NCBI GenBank assembly: GCA_965197425.1
Contig: CBDANC010000014.1
Span: 317,662-381,661 of the forward strand
From: Bdellovibrionales bacterium
Lineage (GTDB): Bacteria; Bdellovibrionota; Bdellovibrionia; Bdellovibrionales; JAUICD01
Direction of reading: 5' to 3'
DNA length: 64,000 nucleotides
Within the stretch, counting starts at the first letter, position 1; each line of letters starts with the position of its first letter. Below the pieces are notes generated by a model. It was not told the DNA's origin, ran no database searches, and saw nothing but the letters and a program-made list of their open reading frames with translations. This document shows positions 1 to 8,267 of this stretch, piece after piece. The position numbers were made by a program, and so were the translations under genes.

Positions 1-55
1 CTATCAAAGGCTACCACTGATTTTTCCCCCAGTGGCGCAACTTGGCTTAGCCTTA

Positions 56-484
56 TTACTCAACACAAATGTAGTCGGTACCACTATCTGTGTGAGTACA
101 CTTAGCCTCACCATCACCAACAGTTAGCGCATTAACGTCATCTGTTTCGTCCGCCTCAGCACATTTACTAGGACTAGCGCCATTAGCAGCGGCAAAGTCA
201 AAACTGCCACTACACGCTTCAAGGGCAGGGGTGACAGGGGTGGTGGCGGTAGATGCTGCCGTTTGAACACAAGTGACATCTTTTTCGTCGTCACCTTCTC
301 CTTCGGTAGTAGTACACTGTTTTTCATCTGTCTCTAAATCATCTTTTTGAGTTTTTACATCACCCTCATTACTACTTTCCACACAACTGCCTGCAACGTA
401 GTTATCACCACAAGAAGACAGGTCGTCTTTACCACATGACGCTACAAATACCAGCGACAATATGATCATTAATTTCTTCATCAT
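56..484 (-). CDS. hypothetical acidic secreted lipoprotein
   Basis: ORF track. N-terminus MMKKLMIILSLVFVASCGKD is a signal peptide plus lipobox (VAS-C). Mature part is D/E/T-rich with scattered Cys. No family recognised. Confidence 0.55.
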   Translation of the reverse strand: MMKKLMIILSLVFVASCGKDDLSSCGDNYVAGSCVESSNEGDVKTQKDDLETDEKQCTTTEGEGDDEKDVTCVQTAASTATTPVTPALEACSGSFDFAAANGASPSKCAEADETDDVNALTVGDGEAKCTHTDSGTDYICVE

Positions 485-721
485 AACTCCTTTATATCTA
501 ACAAGTCCTTCGCAACATCCCGTGGCAAAACAGCTGGATTCTTCTCAGCGCATGGACCAAACCTACCAGGGCAAGACTAGCAAACCCAAAAATTACTGTC
601 AATACTATTTTTCGCAAAAAACCCAGAAAAACTTAAGTCCAAAACTTCAAATTGCGTTCGAAACGATCCATAAAACAAGTCTCCAACTAAAGGTTAATAA
701 GGTTATCTTGTATAAATTGTA

Positions 722-2206
722 CTAGCCCTCATAGGATATAAAAACTACATCTTCTTCCATATTAAGGCCGTTTGGTTTTAGTTTTTCATTTCTTATTATA
801 ACTACTTTTTTATCTTCTCTAGCCTCGCTCGCCATGAAATAAAATAAGCTGCAACCCAAAGTCACCAGATCACGTCCACATGAATCAGGCGGTCTGATTT
901 TATCAATGTCTTCTTCTTGAATAAATGATTGGACAATTTCTTTAACTTCCAAAAGAGCGTGTTCGCACTCTTCCAAAGATAGCCCTGGCTCAAAAATTGG
1001 TATAAAACGCAATAATCTTGACCTCTTACCATATAATCCACACTGTATGCCCGATATGCCCATAAGATCAGGCAGTTCTAAGTAAAGTTTGTTAACATTT
1101 TTTTGAAGCTTCAAAGTCTCCAATGATGCCAAACTTAATGCTTTATAGTTTTGTGAAGCCTCTTCCCTCATCCCAACTTCTTGCAAGTACATGCCCTGAA
1201 AGGGAGTAAAAGAATTATGAACAGACAAGTTAGGTTGCTTTATAAGATGTAAATACATCTCTCCTGGCGTCTGATCCCAGTCAATTTCAACCGTCAGTTT
1301 ACCCTCATTTTCGTGAATATCCTCATTTCTATTTCCTATGACAATATTCTGAAAAGCCTTCACACCTAAGCTACGCTCCCTACTGACTGCATGAGAGAAA
1401 TATTTTCCAGGTCTCCTTAGCTCTTCATCTAATTTTGAGACATGCCATAAAGTCTCAAGAGCACTTTTGAATTCTATATCATCTATATTGTCGTGCTTTA
1501 AAATTCTAGTGTCAAAATAGCTTTCTAAACCCAACACCCTATCACTACTTATTCTCTCCCTTGCAAATATGGCTTTGAGCCTGTCAGGAGACATAATCAC
1601 ATCACGTACGATGGTAACCCAATTGTCCACAGAAACATCAGGGCCAGTTACTACATGCAGCTTGTCTTCAACGCCAATCACATAGTCAAAAAAAACATCC
1701 TCTCCATCCTCTCCATCCTCTACTCTTCGATTGATAATTTCTATACTGCCAATTGATATTATTGAAGTATTTTGCGGAAAACTATCCAGAACAGTAGCTT
1801 CCACTAAATTTTCGATAGAATCAGAACAACTGTCTTGAGTTACATCCTCACTACACACAACATCCACACCTAATCTATCGAGCAAATACCACACCTTCTG
1901 AGACAATTCTAAAGACATAGGTGCTGATTGACTACGGTTTTTGGAATCTTCAGAATCTTCAGAGTTTTTAGAAAAATACTCCAACAATCTACCCTGCACC
2001 AGCCAATTACTTCTCCAAACTTCAGAAGTTAAGTTTATAATTTGATCTGCAGAAAGCCGGGCATCAGCTTCTTCATACACCACATTTTCTTCCTCAGGTT
2101 CCACCTCAAAATGAGAAGTTCCACCGGAACCTGTGTTTTTATTTTCCTTACTGTCTCCGCAAGAAACCAAAAATATTAAAGCTACCAATATAAAACCATA
2201 TCTCAT
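722..2206 (-). CDS. hypothetical lipoprotein (494 aa), last gene of a three-lipoprotein operon
   Basis: MRYGFILVALIFLVSCGDS has a signal peptide and lipobox. Its ATG overlaps the stop of the upstream ORF (ATGA, 2203-2206). No family recognised. Confidence 0.6.
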   Translation of the reverse strand: MRYGFILVALIFLVSCGDSKENKNTGSGGTSHFEVEPEEENVVYEEADARLSADQIINLTSEVWRSNWLVQGRLLEYFSKNSEDSEDSKNRSQSAPMSLELSQKVWYLLDRLGVDVVCSEDVTQDSCSDSIENLVEATVLDSFPQNTSIISIGSIEIINRRVEDGEDGEDVFFDYVIGVEDKLHVVTGPDVSVDNWVTIVRDVIMSPDRLKAIFARERISSDRVLGLESYFDTRILKHDNIDDIEFKSALETLWHVSKLDEELRRPGKYFSHAVSRERSLGVKAFQNIVIGNRNEDIHENEGKLTVEIDWDQTPGEMYLHLIKQPNLSVHNSFTPFQGMYLQEVGMREEASQNYKALSLASLETLKLQKNVNKLYLELPDLMGISGIQCGLYGKRSRLLRFIPIFEPGLSLEECEHALLEVKEIVQSFIQEEDIDKIRPPDSCGRDLVTLGCSLFYFMASEAREDKKVVIIRNEKLKPNGLNMEEDVVFISYEG

Positions 2207-3432
2207 GTCATATCCTCTATTTTTTGATCTAATAATTCTAAAAGCTCTATATGTCCATCAAGTGATAGCTCAAGAGAACCCCATGTTTCTTCCATTTGAA
2301 TCAACATATCTTGATGCTGAGCTATCAAAGCATCTCTAGTGTTGTTATACTCTTCATATAGCAATTGAAAGTAGTTGGCATACTCTGCCGGGGAATTTAC
2401 GTTTAGATCTAAAAAATAGTTGGTTCGGGCTATCAGATCATTCCATAGAGTACGACCATTATCAGGCTCATACATAGAAGGATTTTCCAATAAAGCATTA
2501 TCTAAAAAAGAGATGCCCAAACCCACAGTCATAAATGTCCCAACTTTTGCTGCCGTTCTAATTTTTTTGTTTGTTTCAATCCCGTTAGCCACTACCTGTG
2601 CTGCTCTTCTAACCTTATTAGCATGCACAACACCTTTAGCAGCAACTGCGACCACTTTTACAACTCCGTATTGCCATAAAACCACACTCAATCCAATATC
2701 TAGTGCAATTACTGAGACCATCTTTATTGTGTCATTTTGCTTTTTTGTCCCAATCCCCCTATCCAAACTTTCTAAAAAATCGGTATCAAATATACCGGGA
2801 CCTCCATGCATTTGAGATAAGTAAGAGCTTGCACTGGTTGATACCTTCGATATCAAGCCCAACCATTGATCCCTATCATCAACATCACATAAGTAATCAA
2901 AACCAGTCAAAAATGTTCCACCTTCCAAACCAGCAGCAACAAAAGCACCATACTCACCAAAAATATGGCTTGCCTGCTCTAATCTTGCTCTTTTGTTATT
3001 TTGTTTATACTCACCGCTAGCTCTTCTAGAAACGGTTTTTCTCAAGTCCTTTGAAAGTTCAGTATGTGAATCTATAAACGCCTTGCAAGTTTTATCTCGC
3101 CAGTCTGTTTCAGATAATTTTTGTTCTAACAACAAATTATTGTGATCAATCAACAAATCTAAATCATGAACAAGTGTTTCTGTTAGCATAGGTTCGTTTG
3201 AAACATTTAAACTATCTTTTGTTACATTAGATGGAGCTAGAATTACCTCTATAACACCCAATCTGTTTCTTACATCACGTTTCAAACCTTCTAGCTGTGC
3301 TAGAGTTAGATTATCTTGATCCAGTATCGATGAATCGCTTACTAAGTTATCGAATCTTAGTTTATGAGGTAGGAAGTTATCGCTGGAACATCCCGGAGCA
3401 ACAAACAGCATTGCCACCAAAACATATCTCAT
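2203..3432 (-). CDS. hypothetical lipoprotein (409 aa) with C-terminal Gly/Ala/Val-rich hydrophobic segments
   Basis: MRYVLVAMLFVAPGCSSD lipobox. 4-nt start/stop overlaps on both sides. Hydrophobic stretch VSVIALDIGLSVVLWQYGVVKVVAVAAKG ... VGTFMTVGLGISFL, then an acidic helical tail. Confidence 0.6.
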   Translation of the reverse strand: MRYVLVAMLFVAPGCSSDNFLPHKLRFDNLVSDSSILDQDNLTLAQLEGLKRDVRNRLGVIEVILAPSNVTKDSLNVSNEPMLTETLVHDLDLLIDHNNLLLEQKLSETDWRDKTCKAFIDSHTELSKDLRKTVSRRASGEYKQNNKRARLEQASHIFGEYGAFVAAGLEGGTFLTGFDYLCDVDDRDQWLGLISKVSTSASSYLSQMHGGPGIFDTDFLESLDRGIGTKKQNDTIKMVSVIALDIGLSVVLWQYGVVKVVAVAAKGVVHANKVRRAAQVVANGIETNKKIRTAAKVGTFMTVGLGISFLDNALLENPSMYEPDNGRTLWNDLIARTNYFLDLNVNSPAEYANYFQLLYEEYNNTRDALIAQHQDMLIQMEETWGSLELSLDGHIELLELLDQKIEDMT

Positions 3433-4604
3433 CTTATTCCTTGCCTTAATGTTTCTAGTAGCTCTTTATATAATAGCTCCTTTTCTTCGCTGGTGAGCTC
3501 TCCTTGAAATTCTGGGTGTTCTGGATCAAACTCAATGAACTCATCTAATAGAAGATTATAGTCTTCAAGCTTAGCAAATTCTCCTTTGGACATAGATAAG
3601 CCAGCAACTCCACCACCTAAAATATACCCCGTATGCCCAGTGACATAAGCCGATGACAAGGTACCAATTGCCGGAACCACACGCGTAGATGCTTGGACTC
3701 CATTTGCTAAAGATGTATTTGCCCATCTATTAGAAACATTAGACCAGTTGACTCTACCAAAAGATATCTTGGAAATAACTTTGTTTGCACCCCACCTAAC
3801 TGCTCCACCTACAGGTCTTCTGAACCGCGCTCCAGCCAAAAAAGAAACAATACCAATAATAGCTCCTGCGGCACCTTTATTGTTCTCCCACTCATACATA
3901 TCAATATTTTTTCTCTGTTCTATACGAGCAGCAAAAATAGATATCTGTTCTACAACATAATCCACATCTATATTAGTGGGTTTATCATCGTTGGGCCTTG
4001 CTTCAATAACTTGATCAAGCAACAAGCTAACCAAAAAAGAATCATAGTTTGCAGCTCCAAGATCATTTAAGAAAAAAGCTTCTACGGGCCTATCCAAACT
4101 AGATTTGTCAATAATAGCCTGTTTTAGATGGCAAAGCACGGGAGTCATTGGGGCTTGGAATATTGGAAGTTCCTCAAATGTTATATTGTCCCAAACAGCA
4201 CTTCTGTCCTCGAACAAGTACTCTTCGGGTAAAGAATAAGGAAATGTTCTTAGAGAAGAATCATTTTCCAAGTCATCGCAGTCAATTACATCTCCAGGCT
4301 CAGTCGATACATCCTCCAACTCAGCTGCTTTAGCGGTATCAGGTGCAGTCATAACCCTTCTTACAATGTCTTCATTATAAATAAGAAGATTGTCAGGTTC
4401 CTCTAGCTGCTCTTCGGGATCCACAAGTTCTTCGGCTTCTTCTGATTCTGTTTGCTCAGATTCTGGTTCTTCTGCAGCATCAGGCAAACCCGGTTCAGTT
4501 TCAGACTCAGAAGCTTTCTGACAACCCAATACCAAAAAAGCCAGTATCAAAAAATAGCCAGTGCAAATAAGTAAAGACCTAAACCTCATGACATCACATT
4601 TCAT
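3429..4604 (-). CDS. hypothetical lipoprotein with glycine-zipper-like segment, first gene of the operon
   Basis: The ORF track extends to 4649, but the ATG at 4604 (MKCDVMRFRSLL...) has AGGAGG 9 nt upstream. Lipobox LAFLVLGC. GAAGAIIGIVSFLAGA and GGGVAGLS resemble glycine-zipper segments. Confidence 0.6.
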   Translation of the reverse strand: MKCDVMRFRSLLICTGYFLILAFLVLGCQKASESETEPGLPDAAEEPESEQTESEEAEELVDPEEQLEEPDNLLIYNEDIVRRVMTAPDTAKAAELEDVSTEPGDVIDCDDLENDSSLRTFPYSLPEEYLFEDRSAVWDNITFEELPIFQAPMTPVLCHLKQAIIDKSSLDRPVEAFFLNDLGAANYDSFLVSLLLDQVIEARPNDDKPTNIDVDYVVEQISIFAARIEQRKNIDMYEWENNKGAAGAIIGIVSFLAGARFRRPVGGAVRWGANKVISKISFGRVNWSNVSNRWANTSLANGVQASTRVVPAIGTLSSAYVTGHTGYILGGGVAGLSMSKGEFAKLEDYNLLLDEFIEFDPEHPEFQGELTSEEKELLYKELLETLRQGIR

Positions 4605-4792
4605 GGCGTGGAACCTCCTGACACTAAGCCAAAGCCTGCACCAAAACATAACTCAAAACTAAGACCCACATCTTAATAAAACTAAACTCTTGTATTATTT
4701 ATAAACCTAGGCTGTTTTTGTAAGCCTTATTGTCACCAGATATTTTTTTTAAATAGAAAATTGCAAGCCCGACTGCCAGATAAGGGTCAGTG

Positions 4793-4811
4793 TTGATCGT
4801 ATAAAAGGTTC
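4793..4811 (+). repeat. left copy of a 19-nt direct repeat (ttgatcgtataaaaggttc) bracketing the TA cassette
   Basis: Exact 19-mer also at 5892-5910. Flanks are partly similar (tcagt..., ...ctagtt), giving about 35 nt of imperfect repeat. Confidence 0.8.
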
Positions 4812-4853
4812 ACAACTAGTTGAAGTTGGAATAAAAAAAGAGGTTGACTTATT

Positions 4854-4869
4854 GTCATGGATCCGTGAC
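4854..4869. promoter_or_regulatory. near-perfect 16-nt palindrome (gtcatggatccgtgac), candidate TA operator
   Basis: 14 of 16 positions are self-complementary. It lies 10 nt upstream of the higB-like GTG start. TA operons are typically autoregulated at such palindromes. Confidence 0.35.
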
Positions 4870-4878
4870 ACTGGATAA

Positions 4879-5211
4879 GTGAAGAGGGTTGACTTCCACA
4901 GCTCTGCAAAAAAGATCATTAAAAAGTTCCCTAGGGCTGTTCGCTTATCTTTAGGTAAGGCCATTTTTGCGATGCAGATGGGACAGAGGTTAGGAATGCC
5001 TTTTACTAGGGTGATGAAAGATATTAGTAAGGGTGTTGAAGAGATTAGAATTAAGGATACCTCTGGTACTTACCGGGTTTTCTATTTTACAAGGCTTCAA
5101 GATACTATTTTAATTTTCCATGCCTTTAAGAAGAAAACTCAAAAAACGCCAAAAAAGGAGATTGATTTAGGAAGAAGACGATTAAAGGAGATGCTGAATA
5201 ATTATGAATAA
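4879..5211 (+). CDS. HigB-like / Gp49 (DUF891) RelE-ParE superfamily toxin
   Basis: GTG start. EIRIKDTSGTYRVFYFTRLQDTILIFHAFKKKTQKTPKKEIDLGRRRLKE matches the conserved Gp49-type toxin core recalled from memory. The toxin-first order and 8-nt overlap with the HTH antitoxin are typical of higBA. Confidence 0.8.
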   Translation: MKRVDFHSSAKKIIKKFPRAVRLSLGKAIFAMQMGQRLGMPFTRVMKDISKGVEEIRIKDTSGTYRVFYFTRLQDTILIFHAFKKKTQKTPKKEIDLGRRRLKEMLNNYE

Positions 5212-5512
5212 AAAAAAGTTAAAAAATGCTATCACAACGAAAACAGCTCAAGAGTTAGCTGAGGTTCTCGGGCTTAGTCTTGCTGAGAGTATTGAAATTC
5301 AATTTAGTGTTGAATTAAATAATAAAATTATTGAAGTTGTTAAGAATAAGAGACTTACTCATGCTGAAGTTTCTAAATTCACTGGGATAGGAAGAACAAA
5401 GATCACAGCTATCATGAACAGAAACCTCCACGAAATTTCAATAAAGACACTCATTCGTGTTCTTGGGGGGCTAGGCTATAGAGTTAGCCCCAAGTTTTCT
5501 AAATCGGCCTAA
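5204..5512 (+). CDS. HigA-like XRE-family HTH antitoxin
   Basis: LTHAEVSKFTGIGRTKITAIMNRNLHEISIKTLIRVLGGLGYRV is the typical HTH plus C-terminal segment of Gp49-partner antitoxins. Translationally coupled to the toxin. Confidence 0.8.
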   Translation: MNKKKLKNAITTKTAQELAEVLGLSLAESIEIQFSVELNNKIIEVVKNKRLTHAEVSKFTGIGRTKITAIMNRNLHEISIKTLIRVLGGLGYRVSPKFSKSA

Positions 5513-5752
5513 AACCCCTCTAAAAAGGTTCGGCCTTTACAATAAACTGTCATTTATCTGTTTAGAATATTTCCCCTTTTTTTTAGGTCTGTTGTGTTTT
5601 TATCGTGACAAGACATTTTTCTTCTCTATAAAAAGTTAACCTTGGAAACCATAATTTTAGTTAATAATGCCAGATCCTAGAATAATGGATCCCAGATTGC
5701 CTTCTTCCACGTTACCCGTGTCCCTTGTAGTACAATCAAAGTAACGGGATTA

Positions 5753-5881
5753 GCTATGAGGAAGATGCAGTAAACATAGTATTATTCCTATCTCTGACTT
5801 ATCGACAAAACAAAGAATTTACAGGGACCTTCCGGAACGTAATTCACCTATCAAAAACTGGCGAAGCCGGTTTTTGATAGG
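5753..5881. repeat. two dispersed repeat modules (F: 5753-5814; E2 hairpin: 5822-5881)
   Basis: Module F recurs inverted at about 56190-56253. E2 (gaccttccggaacRtaattc + hairpin cctatcaaaaactggc/gccggtttttgatagg) recurs at 38501-38565. Confidence 0.7.
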
Positions 5882-5891
5882 TTCAATCAGT

Positions 5892-5910
5892 TTGATCGTA
5901 TAAAAGGTTC
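5892..5910 (+). repeat. right copy of the 19-nt direct repeat bracketing the TA cassette
   Basis: Identical to 4793-4811. Its last base is the first base of the stop codon (complement) of the 733-aa gene. Confidence 0.8.
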
Positions 5911-8111
5911 TATCTAGTTTTACAAATATGCATGCTCCACATACACAGTCTATTGTTTTTGTTTGTCTCTATAAATTGTGTAACATCAGATAAAAGAGAG
6001 TATTGACACGCATCAGATATCATGGGCGTATCTATATTACGAATGTGACGTCTGGTACACTCGGGAAATAGTTTGTCTTTAAGCTCCCCAACTTTTACAA
6101 GAGGAACCCTCACTTTACATACATTAGGAAAAGCATAGAATTTCTTCCAATTGCACAACTCCAATCCAGGTGCAAGATCTGCCATAAAAGCAGCTATCCG
6201 TTCTTCACCTTTAGATTTGGGCATACAAACTTCAGGATCTTCAACCGGCCCTTCATCTCTTATTGCACTTTTTTGAGCACGACTACATTCTAGGATTTCG
6301 GCTTGTGCAATTTCTCCACTAGGTTCTTCATCCTTTTGTCGGCCTTGTGTTTGTGCATGATCAGATCTGCTTTCCGTAATAGGAGGGGTGGGCTGCCTAG
6401 GAATGGAGGGAACATTAGTTTCAGCATTATTATCAGGTTCAGCTCTTGGCTGTTGTTGTGCCACTCTAGGTTGCCGTTCCGTTAATTTAGGCTTTTCTGT
6501 TCTAGGTTGTGATTCTGCTACTCTTGGTTGCTGTACTGGCTCAGGTTCTTCTACTATCCTTTCCCATCTATCTCCACAGGTTGTGTTATTGCACTCTGAT
6601 ATAGGCCATTTAAAGTGCTTACTATCGGTTTCTCTACACCCTACATTAGATTCAATTCCAACTGTCCCACACATTACCTCCAAATGAATATGATCTTCAT
6701 GATATGCATAAGGGTACGTTTTTTCTAAGGCATCTTTATATTTATCAAGCTCTCCTATTTGTCTAGCTACTTTTACTAGGTTAGCCTTTACATAAGGAGA
6801 AATTATAAATCTATTAATTGTACCTGTATCATAGAACTCTTTTATTAATTTTAAGTTGTTTAAACTATCATCACGACTCAAAGCTATTCTGTTGTTTGAA
6901 GTTACAATATCTGTAAAAGGATCGCTATCATCTGTTATATATGATATATCCACGTCCAAACCATTTTGATGGGTTTTGTGAAACTGATCTGGATTGCTTA
7001 AATAAGGTAATCTTCCACCTTCTTCATTAGCAGACTTGTTAACCACTATAGTTATAGAACATCTACCTAATAGCCTCCCTTTAAACTGTTCTCCTGTATA
7101 TAACAATACAGCATTTAAAAGAGCAGATGCATATCTAACCGTTCTCTTTCTAGTACTATTATCTGCCCATTTTACGCAATGGCTCGGATCATTAACTAAG
7201 GGTTCTCCATTTAATAAAAGTCCTCGCGCCTTAACTTCTTCTCCTCCAACCTCCACTGACTTTTCAACACGCATATTAAAAGGTCTTGCAAAGGTATTCA
7301 TACTACCTGCTCTATTCAGGCTAAATAAAGTTGCCCCATCACCGCCTGCTTGCACTCTAACACTGTCTGATGGAATTACAGAGGATATATTTACATTGTT
7401 TCGCCTTCTAAGGTTGCTGAGATACTCTGTCCAATGCTCGACAAAATCATTGGAGGCTATAGAGGGTTGGTTTTCCAAAAACTCATCCATCTGATCATCT
7501 GTTACCTCTAGTCTTCTTGCTACTGATTGTACATTTGTTTGAGTTATGTATTCTGCTTGCCTTCCACCTTCTGGATCTGGATCTGAATCTTCTAAATACA
7601 CCACTGGTTTATTTATCGCATCAGAATAAGTTTCGGTTTGTATTGTTTTAAGTTTATCGTTGGAATCTATATAAAATAAATCAACTATCACATGGCCACA
7701 ATTAGATGATTGGCAATTTCCGTACCCACCAACTCTATCTTCTTCACCACCTGCAAATAACTCCACACTCCCCGACTCATTAACAGCTCCTGTTAAAGTT
7801 ACTTCTTTTGTTTCATCACCTGTTTGTAAATTAAAGCTTACTTCCATAGTTTTTTCATCAGAATCCGGTGAATCGTTAATCTTAAGGGATACATCCGATA
7901 TTTGACTTTTTGTTTCATAGTGTACTGTATTTACAGTTGTCACATGACCTTGTCTAATTTTATGCTCTCCTATAACCATCAAAACTTCAGTCTCCCTTTG
8001 ACCACAAGAAGGAAAGAAACTAAAAAACAAAGCTAAGAGCAAAAGCGCGAATGAAGTCTGGGTTAACCTAGACTTTAAAAAAGTAGACTTGATAAACGAA
8101 CGAAATTTCAC
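5910..8111 (-). CDS. MepA-like (peptidase M74 / LAS-fold) murein endopeptidase-domain lipoprotein with long N- and C-terminal extensions
   Basis: GTG start and lipobox FFPSCG. HKTHQNGLDVDISYI, RFIISPYVKANL and HEDHIHLEVMC align with E. coli MepA GHASHQTGLDVDI / RIFVNPAIKQQL / HRAHMHVRLRC (from memory). A P/Q-rich repeat (QPRVAESQPRTEKPKLTERQPRVAQQQPRAEP) and a Cys-containing C-terminal domain follow. Confidence 0.7.
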   Translation of the reverse strand: MKFRSFIKSTFLKSRLTQTSFALLLLALFFSFFPSCGQRETEVLMVIGEHKIRQGHVTTVNTVHYETKSQISDVSLKINDSPDSDEKTMEVSFNLQTGDETKEVTLTGAVNESGSVELFAGGEEDRVGGYGNCQSSNCGHVIVDLFYIDSNDKLKTIQTETYSDAINKPVVYLEDSDPDPEGGRQAEYITQTNVQSVARRLEVTDDQMDEFLENQPSIASNDFVEHWTEYLSNLRRRNNVNISSVIPSDSVRVQAGGDGATLFSLNRAGSMNTFARPFNMRVEKSVEVGGEEVKARGLLLNGEPLVNDPSHCVKWADNSTRKRTVRYASALLNAVLLYTGEQFKGRLLGRCSITIVVNKSANEEGGRLPYLSNPDQFHKTHQNGLDVDISYITDDSDPFTDIVTSNNRIALSRDDSLNNLKLIKEFYDTGTINRFIISPYVKANLVKVARQIGELDKYKDALEKTYPYAYHEDHIHLEVMCGTVGIESNVGCRETDSKHFKWPISECNNTTCGDRWERIVEEPEPVQQPRVAESQPRTEKPKLTERQPRVAQQQPRAEPDNNAETNVPSIPRQPTPPITESRSDHAQTQGRQKDEEPSGEIAQAEILECSRAQKSAIRDEGPVEDPEVCMPKSKGEERIAAFMADLAPGLELCNWKKFYAFPNVCKVRVPLVKVGELKDKLFPECTRRHIRNIDTPMISDACQYSLLSDVTQFIETNKNNRLCMWSMHICKTR

Positions 8112-8267
8112 ACATTACGGATCGGATTAAAAATTTAAGATCTAAACGTGGCAAACAAATAACAAAATAATCGCCACACAATATTGTTAAGAATAAATTT
8201 TGATCAAAGATAATTATTATTTAAAGCTATAATTTAGTACAGGTTTATATACTTAAGTACAGTACTA

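Noticed and set aside
1-55. A terminator hairpin (ccactg-atttttcccc-cagtgg) downstream of the first lipoprotein gene.
   Set aside because: The stem is only 6 bp, the loop is 10 nt, and there is no T-run on the relevant (minus) strand. It also lies at the window edge. This is too weak to call.
462-725. An 87-aa plus-strand ORF in the spacer between two minus-strand lipoprotein genes. Similar short ORFs antisense to nuo, E2, etf, MepA-like and ankyrin genes are also listed in the track.
   Set aside because: These ORFs have no RBS or recognisable domain. Their composition is typical of antisense or spacer reading in AT-rich DNA, and most are fully nested in well-supported genes.
4650-5910. A prophage or integrative-element remnant around the Gp49-type toxin.
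   Set aside because: Only the two TA genes are present. There is no integrase, other phage gene or adjacent tRNA. The Gp49 name reflects family history, not phage context, so I retained it only as a repeat-bracketed TA cassette.
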